Below, one piece after another: positions 35,236-43,340 of a stretch of 64,000 nucleotides of DNA (within the stretch, counting starts at the first letter, position 1; each line of letters starts with the position of its first letter). The notes under the pieces were generated by a model, which was not told where the DNA came from, searched no databases, and saw only the letters and a program-made list of their open reading frames with translations. Location of the stretch: positions 4,256,001 to 4,320,000 of the forward strand of contig OZ245838.1 of assembly GCA_965228735.1 (NCBI GenBank), written 5' to 3'. The stretch is from Planctomycetota bacterium. GTDB lineage: Bacteria > Planctomycetota > UBA1135 > UBA2386. Position numbers and translations under genes: made by a program.

Positions 35236-36828
35236 TCAGTCGCGCTCGAACAGGATCCGGTTCTTCTCGTCGGCCACGACCCGCTTGTCGCGCTCGGCCT
35301 TGCTGATGAGGACGTCGCGCAGCATCACCCCGTGCTCCTTGCGGTTGGTGCCGGCCGCGAAGCCCTCGATGCCGTCCCCGCCGCGCGCGAGGAACGAGCT
35401 CGTCACGACGCGATACGTCTTCTTCTCGTCGAGCGGCCGCCCCGCGATCTCGACCTTCACGAGCTCACGATCACGACCCTTGGCCCGATACGTGTAGGTC
35501 GCGCCACCGATCTCGAGCAGCCGGCGGCGGCCCTGCAGCGAGCCTTCGATGAGGTCCCACAACTGCGCGCCCGTCAGGTCCATCGAGACCAGCTCGTTCT
35601 CGAACGGCAGCAGCTCGTAGATCATCCGCGGCGTCAGCGGACCGGCCTGCAATCGCGTGCGGATGCCGCCCTTGTTGGTGAACGCGACGTCACCGCCGGT
35701 CGCCTCGAGGAACGCATCGCAGATCAGGTTGCCGGCGGCCGTCGAGCGCGCGCCGCGGCTGTCGTTGAGCGGCGTGACGAGTTCGCCGATCACGCGATCC
35801 CACTTCGCGGTGATCGCCTTGGTCTCTGTCGCGATCCACTTCTCGGTCGCCGGGTCCGGCGGGTACTCGTCGAGTTCGAGCGCCACGAGCTCGCCCTTCT
35901 CGATGACGAGCTCCTTCGCCTCGGCGTCCACCCGCGCCTCGAGCCGGTAGACCTCGCTCGCCTTGCCGTGGGTCTGGACGATCCACGTGTCACCCTCGCG
36001 CAGCGGTTCGCGCAGGCCGGTGTGGGAGTGGCCGCCCAGGATCAGCGGAATCTCGGGGAACCGCTTCGCGAGTCTTCGATCCACGGACACCCCGGAGTGC
36101 GTCAGCAGGACGACGACGTCGCTCGCCTTCTTCGCCGCCGGCAGCACTCGCGCGATCGCCGCGGCCTCGTTCTCGAACTCGGCGTCGCCCCACGGCCCCG
36201 TCGACACCCCCTTGGTCTGTTCGGTGATGAGCCCGAGGATCGCGATCTTCAGGCCGTGCACGGTCACGACGTGGAACGGCGTGACGTAGTCCATGTAGGT
36301 CGCGGGCTCCTTGCCTGCCACGAGGATGTTGGCGCCGAGCACGGGGAAGTCCGCGGCCGCGACGAGCGCTTCGACGTTCTCGGGTCCGTAGTCGTACTCG
36401 TGGTTGCCGAGCACGGCAGCCGTGACACCGAGACGCTCGAAGAACTCGACCGACAGCCTGCCGCGCGTCTCGTTGCCCTCGATCGTGCCCTGATACCAGT
36501 CGCCGCCGTCGGTCGCGATCACGGGCGCACCGCGCTTCTTCGCCGCCGCGCGTTCGCGCTTGACGAACGTCGCCATCGACGCCGCGCCGCCGACGTGCGG
36601 CAGCTCGCGCTGATCCCCGCCGGCCCGTGCCTTCCAGAACGCGAGCTGGGGCCGGAACTGCCCGTGGAAGTCGTTCCAGTGCAGGAACACCACGGGACCG
36701 TCGCGGAGCTTCGACTGACAGGCGGCCGGCCGCCCGAGCAGCGCAACGAACGCGAGCACGAGGAACGCAGCGGTCCAGCTGCGGCGCGCGCAGCGGGCGG
36801 GTGAGATCGGGCGATCGGACGTCGGCAC
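35236..36828 (-). CDS. UshA-like bifunctional metallophosphatase/5'-nucleotidase (exported)
   Basis: HWNDFHG, DGGDWYQG, LGNHEYDYG, LLTHSG, GGHSH, NKGGIR, LPFEN, FLARGGDG. Start uncertain. Confidence 0.92.
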   Translation of the reverse strand: MPTSDRPISPARCARRSWTAAFLVLAFVALLGRPAACQSKLRDGPVVFLHWNDFHGQFRPQLAFWKARAGGDQRELPHVGGAASMATFVKRERAAAKKRGAPVIATDGGDWYQGTIEGNETRGRLSVEFFERLGVTAAVLGNHEYDYGPENVEALVAAADFPVLGANILVAGKEPATYMDYVTPFHVVTVHGLKIAILGLITEQTKGVSTGPWGDAEFENEAAAIARVLPAAKKASDVVVLLTHSGVSVDRRLAKRFPEIPLILGGHSHTGLREPLREGDTWIVQTHGKASEVYRLEARVDAEAKELVIEKGELVALELDEYPPDPATEKWIATETKAITAKWDRVIGELVTPLNDSRGARSTAAGNLICDAFLEATGGDVAFTNKGGIRTRLQAGPLTPRMIYELLPFENELVSMDLTGAQLWDLIEGSLQGRRRLLEIGGATYTYRAKGRDRELVKVEIAGRPLDEKKTYRVVTSSFLARGGDGIEGFAAGTNRKEHGVMLRDVLISKAERDKRVVADEKNRILFERD

Positions 36829-36951
36829 GGCGCCCTGGGTACCCGATCGGGACCACGGCCGCCAGTCGCCCACCCCGGCAGCGCCCGCGATTGGCGTTCA
36901 GCCCGACCCAGCCCCTTCCCCCGCCGCCCGGGCGGCCTATCCTGACGCCCG

Positions 36952-38085
36952 ATGGCGGTTCCTCTGATCGATCTCACCCGTGACAAGCAGCTGCTCGCCG
37001 GCGTCGAAGCCGCGGTCGTCGACGTCGTGCGCAGCGGGCAGTACGTGCTCGGCACCACGGTCGAACACTTCGAGCAGGAGCTCGCCGAATACCTCGGCTG
37101 TCGCCACGTCGTCGCGATGTCGTCCGGCACGGACGCGCTGCTGGCGCCGCTCATGGCGCTCGACATCGCGCCCGGCGACGAGGTCGTGCTGCCGACCTAT
37201 TCGTTCTTCGCGACCGCCGGGGTCGTGGCGCGGCTCGGCGCCAGGCCGGTGTTCATCGACATCGAGCCGACCCACTGGAATCTCGACCCGGAGCGCCTCG
37301 ACGAAGCGCTGCAGCAGTGCACGCGGCCGAAAGCCGTCATCGGCGTTCACCTGTTCGGCACCGCGTTCGACGTCGACGCCGTGCTCGACGTCTGCCGCCG
37401 GCACTCGGTGCCGCTCATCGAGGACGCGGCGCAGGCCATCGGCACGAAGCATCAGGGCAAGATGCTGGGCAGCCGCGGGCTGTGCGGCGCCTGGTCGACG
37501 TTCCCGACGAAGAACCTCGGCGGCATCGGCGACGGCGGGTTCTTCACGAGCGACGACGACGAGTTCGCCGCCAAGGTGCGTCTGCTGCGCAACCACGGCA
37601 TGGCCGAGCACTACGAACACCACGTCATCGGCGGCAACTTCCGCATGGACGCGATCCAGGCCGCTGCGCTGCGGGTGAAGCTGCGCGCGATCGAGGACAT
37701 CACGGAGACGCGGCGGCTGAACGCCGAGCGCTACCGGCGCCTCTTCGCCGAGGCCGACCTCGGCGACTGGGCCGAGCTGCCGACCGACACCGACCGGCAT
37801 GCCTACCACCAGTTCGTCGTGCGCATCCCGCCGGAGCACCGCGACGGCGCGATCCAGCACCTGCGGCAGCAGGGCATCGGGTGCGGGGTCTACTACCCGA
37901 TCCCGTTCCACCGGCAGCCGTGCTTCGCCTACCTCGGCGCGGATCCCGCCGACTTCCCGGTCGCGGAACAGGCGAGCAAGACCGCGCTCGCCCTGCCGAT
38001 CTTCCAGGGGCTGACGGAAGCCGAGCAGATCGACGTCGTCGGCGCGCTCAAGCGCTACCCGCGACCGGTCGGCGCGGGTCAGTAG
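36952..38085 (+). CDS. DegT/DnrJ/EryC1/StrS PLP-dependent sugar aminotransferase
   Basis: SSGTDAL, VHLFG, IEDAAQAIG, TFPTKNLGGIGDGG, GGNFRMDAIQAA. Confidence 0.95.
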   Translation: MAVPLIDLTRDKQLLAGVEAAVVDVVRSGQYVLGTTVEHFEQELAEYLGCRHVVAMSSGTDALLAPLMALDIAPGDEVVLPTYSFFATAGVVARLGARPVFIDIEPTHWNLDPERLDEALQQCTRPKAVIGVHLFGTAFDVDAVLDVCRRHSVPLIEDAAQAIGTKHQGKMLGSRGLCGAWSTFPTKNLGGIGDGGFFTSDDDEFAAKVRLLRNHGMAEHYEHHVIGGNFRMDAIQAAALRVKLRAIEDITETRRLNAERYRRLFAEADLGDWAELPTDTDRHAYHQFVVRIPPEHRDGAIQHLRQQGIGCGVYYPIPFHRQPCFAYLGADPADFPVAEQASKTALALPIFQGLTEAEQIDVVGALKRYPRPVGAGQ

Positions 38086-38127
38086 GCGAGCAGCCAGACC
38101 GCGCCGGTCTGCGGCCGCCCGGCGGGG

Positions 38128-39228
38128 CTACTGGGTCCCGAGCCGCACCGCGACACCGAACGCCTCGACGTCGGTCGCGATCGTCGCGTCGGCGTCGGCG
38201 CCGTTGCTGACCATCCACGTGCCGCGGCCCGCGGCCGTGAGCGAGCCGAGCGTGACCGTCTGGGCGTTGCTGAAGGCCGCACCCAGGGCGTTGGCGTTCG
38301 GGGCGAACACCGCGAGCTGCTGGTGCAGCACGATGCCCGAGAACGCCGGCACGGCGGCCGGCACGAACGGGAAGTCCGCGAGCTCGCCGCTCGCGTCCGC
38401 GACGGTGAACACGGTCGCGTCCTGGCTCACGAGCACGTCGCAGTTCGTGCCGTTGAGCGTCAGCGGCAGCGCACCGAGCAGGCTCTGCGTGTTGCTGAGA
38501 CCGAAGATGACGAGCGCGGGCGCGTTCGCACCGAGGTTCTGACCGCCGAGGAACTGCGCCGAGCCCGGCGCGACGATGCCGCCGCTCGAGATCGCCACGG
38601 GCGGCGTGGAGCCGTCGATGCTGCAGCCCTGACCGAACGGCGTGACCGTGCCATCGACGGGACCACCCGTCGTCGCGACGCCGTCGAGGATCGTGTGCGC
38701 GAAGCCGAACTGCGAGAAGTTGTTGCCTTCCATCTGCAGGTCGATGACGAGCCAGCCGCCGGCCGGGATCGTGACCGCGACCGGCACCGCAAAGGCGAAG
38801 GTCAGGCTGCCGTTGGGATCGCCCCAGCCGTGCGGCGCGGCGACACCCGGATCCGGGCGGTAGTTCACGCTCGAGTCGAACGCCGTCGTGAGCGGGCTCG
38901 TGAGGTTGTCGGCAAACCGCGCGCCGGGGATCCCGACCGTCGTCGTGCCGACGCGGATCTGCATTCGCTGGATGTTGAACGGGCCGGGCGCGCCGACCTG
39001 CGGCAGCGGACCGTCCCAGCGGAACGACAGCTCGTTGGCCGTGAACGACGACGACCCGACCTCGGTCGCATCGAAGAACAGCTGCACGCGCGCATCGGTC
39101 TGCGCGAACGGCGGCAGCGCGAAGTTGGGGAGTTCCTGCGCCGGGTTCGCGGTCGCGGGGAGTTCGAGGAAACCCTGCGCCAGCAGCGGCGAGCTGCTGA
39201 GCAGGACGGCGACAGTCAAGTTCTTCAT
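38128..39228 (-). CDS. Secreted hypothetical protein with shared C-terminal domain
   Basis: MKNLTVAVLLSSSPLLAQ signal; beta-rich; FGQGC...SGIVLHQQ...FSNA. Confidence 0.8.
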   Translation of the reverse strand: MKNLTVAVLLSSSPLLAQGFLELPATANPAQELPNFALPPFAQTDARVQLFFDATEVGSSSFTANELSFRWDGPLPQVGAPGPFNIQRMQIRVGTTTVGIPGARFADNLTSPLTTAFDSSVNYRPDPGVAAPHGWGDPNGSLTFAFAVPVAVTIPAGGWLVIDLQMEGNNFSQFGFAHTILDGVATTGGPVDGTVTPFGQGCSIDGSTPPVAISSGGIVAPGSAQFLGGQNLGANAPALVIFGLSNTQSLLGALPLTLNGTNCDVLVSQDATVFTVADASGELADFPFVPAAVPAFSGIVLHQQLAVFAPNANALGAAFSNAQTVTLGSLTAAGRGTWMVSNGADADATIATDVEAFGVAVRLGTQ

Positions 39229-39313
39229 GGCGTCGTTGGAATACGAAATCGTTCGGGGCACCTGTGCGATTGGAACGCTAGATCGACGTCGACGGCGCTG
39301 TGTCACCGCCCGG

Positions 39314-40060
39314 TCATTCCGCGACCGAAACCGACAGGCCATCGCTCGCCGCGCGTTCGGGCCGCGACGCGTCACACTTCACGGGCCTTCGTGAACACAG
39401 CGCGTGACCCGACCAGATCAGCACGAGCCCGACGAACTCTCCGACGTAGAGCGCTTCGACGATCCCGGCCTTCGCCATCCCGCCGCCGACCCCGGGCAGG
39501 ATGCCGCCGATCGCGATCGCCGCGGTGCCGAGCGCCCGCCGCCCATCGGCAACCTGGCCCGGTAGTGGCCGCACGAACCGGAACGTCGACCACAGCGCGC
39601 CGCCGACCAGGAACAACGCCGCGTAGCCGTTGATGAACGGCGTACCGAGCCGCAGCTGACTCCAGCCGATCGCGTCACCCGTCGGCCGATGCGGTTCGAG
39701 CGCCGCGTGATCGATCGGCGACAGCACCACGGCGACCGCGAGCCCGATGACCACCGTGCCCGAGATCCAGGTGAGCCGATTCGCCACGGAACGGCTGCAG
39801 AGCAGGTACACGCTGCCCGTGCCGAGCGGATAGCCCCCGAGCAACGCCCCGGCGACGTACCACCATCGCGTGAGCTCCGCGCTGTTGCCGAACAGGGTGA
39901 TCGCCGACTCGAGCGCCGTGCCGGCGCCATACGTCACGATGCCGATCGCCCACCACAGCAGGTGCGGGGGCAGGCCCACGATCGAACGCCGGCGCAGCAA
40001 CGCGATCAGGAACGCGACCGACAGCAGCGTCGTCGCGATCGGCAGGTAGTGAACGAGCAT
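39314..40060 (-). CDS. Integral membrane protein (about 7 TM)
   Basis: Alternating hydrophobic segments from MLVHYLPIATTLLS; GGYPLG.G.VYLL. Confidence 0.75.
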   Translation of the reverse strand: MLVHYLPIATTLLSVAFLIALLRRRSIVGLPPHLLWWAIGIVTYGAGTALESAITLFGNSAELTRWWYVAGALLGGYPLGTGSVYLLCSRSVANRLTWISGTVVIGLAVAVVLSPIDHAALEPHRPTGDAIGWSQLRLGTPFINGYAALFLVGGALWSTFRFVRPLPGQVADGRRALGTAAIAIGGILPGVGGGMAKAGIVEALYVGEFVGLVLIWSGHALCSRRPVKCDASRPERAASDGLSVSVAE

Positions 40061-40156
40061 CGGCCCGGTCGCGGAGTCCTCTTGTGCCAGCATCGTGACA
40101 CCATCCCCCGCTCCGGCCTCGCGTGTGTCACGAGCCCGTCACTCCCACGCAGGCCA

Positions 40157-43100
40157 CTACTGCGCGAGAGTGCCGTGAAACGCCTGGGTCCAGTTGCCCG
40201 TGCCGACGTTGCTGAGCTGCACGGTGAGGACCTGGAGACCGAGCGGCAACCCGAGGAACGTCTGGTCGTTGGGGAAGTCGACGTGGAACGGCGTGCCGTT
40301 GAACGCCCACGTCACGCTGAAGAACGGAAACCCCGGCTGCTGGATGTTGGCGTTGCCATACGGCGGCAGGAACTGCCCGACACCGAGGAACGGGCCGCCG
40401 AAGAACAGGATGCCGGCCCCCGGCGGGTTGCCCTGGAACGGCTGCCCGTCGACCACGATCGCGACCGACGACCCGAGCCGCGGCACCCCGGCGATCGTGG
40501 CGTCGTAGACCGCATACTCGTAGGCCCCGATGTCCGGCAACGCGAACCCGAACAGATTGTGGTCGAGCACGCGGCTGCGGCCGTCGTGATCTTCATAGGT
40601 GAACGCATCGTTGGGTGCGCCCGCATTGCCGACGCAGGGCGAGAACAGCGACAGACTCAGGTCCCCGTTGTTCGGGTCCGTGAACAGCGGGTCGGCGACG
40701 AAGTTGTTCTGCGTGCCGGCGTGCGCGGGCGACCCGTTCGACGAGAAGATCCGCGCCGGCAGCCCGAGGCCATCCACGAAGCCCACGAAGTTGTCGTTCG
40801 GGTTCACCCCGTTGAACCAGGAGATCGAGGCCGATGCCGCGCCGCTGTGCGTGCCCTCGGAAACGACCCCGCGACCCTGGTTCGCCGCGACCGTCGCGTG
40901 GATCAGGCTCACCGCCGTCGCCGAGAGCACGATCCCGTCCCCGCTGTTGCCGAAGGCCACGAGGTTGCGGCAGCCGCCGCCGTTCTGCGCGATGTTGATG
41001 CCATCCGATGCGGACAGCTCGACGCGCACGGCGTCGATCGACACGTTGGCCGTATCGAGCGTGACCGTCGCGGCACCGATGCCGCCAAAACGCGCGAGCA
41101 CGTGGTTCATCTGCGCCGGCGCGGTCGAGAAGCCGTACTCGACCCGACCCCAGCTGCCGGGGCCCGGCGCCGACGCGTTGCCATCACCGTTCGTATCGCC
41201 GCCATGGTCGTCATCGAGGAACGACGTGAGCACGATCGGCGCGTAGCCGCGACCGTCGAAGAACAGGCTCGTGCCCGGCCCACCCGCGGTGAACCCGGAA
41301 CTCGACGCGCTCGCGGCGGTGAACTTCACGATCAGACCCGCACCGAGCTGCAGGCTCGTGTTGGAGTTCATGACCGTGCGCACGTCGGCGACGATCACCC
41401 CGTCGCCGTTCAACGTGTTCCACACGTCCACGCGAGTGCTCGTTCCCGATGCGCCGGTGGCGCCGTTGACGAGCCGGGTGTAATCACCGAGCACGTTGCC
41501 GGTCGCCGTGCAATCGGAGAAGCGCGTCATCTGCGTCCACGCGAAGCCGTCGACCGCGCGACCGAGGTTGCCGTCGAACCGGCACCGTCGAACGATCGGC
41601 CGACTGCTCGTCAGGCGCAGACCCAGGGTCGCCGAGCGCTCGATGGCCGTGTCCACGAGCAGGATGTCCGCGCCGTTGAGGAGTTCGACCGCGCCTGCGA
41701 GGTTGTTGCCGCCGAACCGGACGCTCGTGAAACGCAGCTCGCTGGCGTCCGCGGTGCCGCCGAACGACAGTCCGGGCCAGTCACCGGGCGTGCCGACCGT
41801 CGGTCCGTCGCGACCCGTATCGCCGCCGATCGCATCGTCGGCGAGCGAGGTGAACACGACCGGCGCGTTGGCCGTGCCGTTGCAGACCAGCGCGCCGGTG
41901 ACGCTCACGCGCCTCGTTGCCGTCGCCCACTTGAAGATCACGCCAGGGCCGACCGTGAACGTTCGGCCGACGTTGATCTGCAGCACCGGATCCATCACGA
42001 GCGTGTCCTCGATCAGGTTGTTCGTCGTGACCGTCAGGTTCGCGCTGACGATGCCGTTCGTGACGCGGATCGCGTCGCCGAGCAGGTTGCCGGTCCCCGT
42101 GTTGGCGACGAAGTTCGGCAGGCCCAGCATCGACACGCGATCGATCGAGCGGCCGAGATTGTCGTCGAACCGACAGTTCTGGACGGTCGGCATGGTGCCT
42201 TGCACATCCAGTCCATCGCTCGCCGACCGCTCCACGTGGACCGCGGCCAAGGTGATGTTCGATTGCAGCAGCGAGATCGCCCCCGGCGTGCCGTTGCCGG
42301 CGAATCGAACCCGCGTCGAGCGCAGCACGCTGGCGTCGGAACTGGCACCGAACGTGAGCCCGTCCCAGTCGCCCGGCGCACCGACCGACGGACCGTCCTT
42401 GCCGGTGTCCCCTCCGATCGCGTCGTCCGCCAGGGACGTGAAGACCACGGGGGCCTGACTCGTGCCGTCGCACAACAGCGTGCCGTTGACGATGAACCGA
42501 TCGTCCGTCTCGTACTTCACGACCACCCCCGCGGCGATCGTCAACTGCCGGCCCGTCGGCACGGTCACGTTGTTGGCGATGACGATCGTCGAGTCGACGA
42601 GGTTCGTCGGCCCGATGAACTGGGTCCCGAGAATCGTGCCCGACGTGACCCGAATCACGTCAAGGGCGTTCCCGCTCGCGACATTGTTGCCGAGCATCGG
42701 CAGCCCCTGCAGAGTCGCGCGCTCGAACGCGCGCCCGGCGCAGTTCTGAACCCGGCAACCGATGATCGTCGGCATCGCCCCCAGGAGGTTGATGCCCGCG
42801 CTCGCCGAATCGGTCACGACAACGCCGTCGAGCAGCACGTTCGACTGCAGGGTCTGCACGGCTCCGTCGCCGTTGCTACCACTGAACCGCACCTCGAGCC
42901 CGCGCACCTGACTGGTGTTCGACGAGATGAACTGCAGCCGCCCCCAGTCGCCCGGCGCCGGCGCGAGCGGGTCGATCGCGAGCCCGACGGTGCCATCTCT
43001 GGTCGACGTGAAGAACACGGGCATCGTCGCCGAGCCGTTGACGTCGAGCGTACCGGCGATCTGGAAGCTCGTGCCGGCGGCGAACTTGACGACCACCCCG

Positions 43101-43288
43101 GGCTGTACCGTAAGCGTGCGCGTGCTCGACACGGACACGGACTGGTTCGCGACGTAGGTGTTGCCCGTCAGCAGCGGCCCGAACGTCGAGTCGTCGACGT
43201 TGGGGGGCAACGGAATCGGGCTCTGCGCTTGGACGGCGAGAGCGAACGCCACGGCGACGACCGTCGGAGGGAATGCATCGAATCTCAT
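40157..43288 (-). CDS. Large secreted right-handed beta-helix repeat protein with shared C-terminal domain
   Basis: Signal ...AVQAQ; four modules ending PVVFTS..DD..GGDT..DG....PGDW; DPLF...GDL.L...SPC and PDIGAYE near the C-terminus. Confidence 0.85.
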   Translation of the reverse strand: MRFDAFPPTVVAVAFALAVQAQSPIPLPPNVDDSTFGPLLTGNTYVANQSVSVSSTRTLTVQPGVVVKFAAGTSFQIAGTLDVNGSATMPVFFTSTRDGTVGLAIDPLAPAPGDWGRLQFISSNTSQVRGLEVRFSGSNGDGAVQTLQSNVLLDGVVVTDSASAGINLLGAMPTIIGCRVQNCAGRAFERATLQGLPMLGNNVASGNALDVIRVTSGTILGTQFIGPTNLVDSTIVIANNVTVPTGRQLTIAAGVVVKYETDDRFIVNGTLLCDGTSQAPVVFTSLADDAIGGDTGKDGPSVGAPGDWDGLTFGASSDASVLRSTRVRFAGNGTPGAISLLQSNITLAAVHVERSASDGLDVQGTMPTVQNCRFDDNLGRSIDRVSMLGLPNFVANTGTGNLLGDAIRVTNGIVSANLTVTTNNLIEDTLVMDPVLQINVGRTFTVGPGVIFKWATATRRVSVTGALVCNGTANAPVVFTSLADDAIGGDTGRDGPTVGTPGDWPGLSFGGTADASELRFTSVRFGGNNLAGAVELLNGADILLVDTAIERSATLGLRLTSSRPIVRRCRFDGNLGRAVDGFAWTQMTRFSDCTATGNVLGDYTRLVNGATGASGTSTRVDVWNTLNGDGVIVADVRTVMNSNTSLQLGAGLIVKFTAASASSSGFTAGGPGTSLFFDGRGYAPIVLTSFLDDDHGGDTNGDGNASAPGPGSWGRVEYGFSTAPAQMNHVLARFGGIGAATVTLDTANVSIDAVRVELSASDGINIAQNGGGCRNLVAFGNSGDGIVLSATAVSLIHATVAANQGRGVVSEGTHSGAASASISWFNGVNPNDNFVGFVDGLGLPARIFSSNGSPAHAGTQNNFVADPLFTDPNNGDLSLSLFSPCVGNAGAPNDAFTYEDHDGRSRVLDHNLFGFALPDIGAYEYAVYDATIAGVPRLGSSVAIVVDGQPFQGNPPGAGILFFGGPFLGVGQFLPPYGNANIQQPGFPFFSVTWAFNGTPFHVDFPNDQTFLGLPLGLQVLTVQLSNVGTGNWTQAFHGTLAQ

Positions 43289-43340
43289 GCCCGATCGGGG
43301 AGCAGGCGAAGCGGTCCGTGACGGACAATCTGCAGAACCG

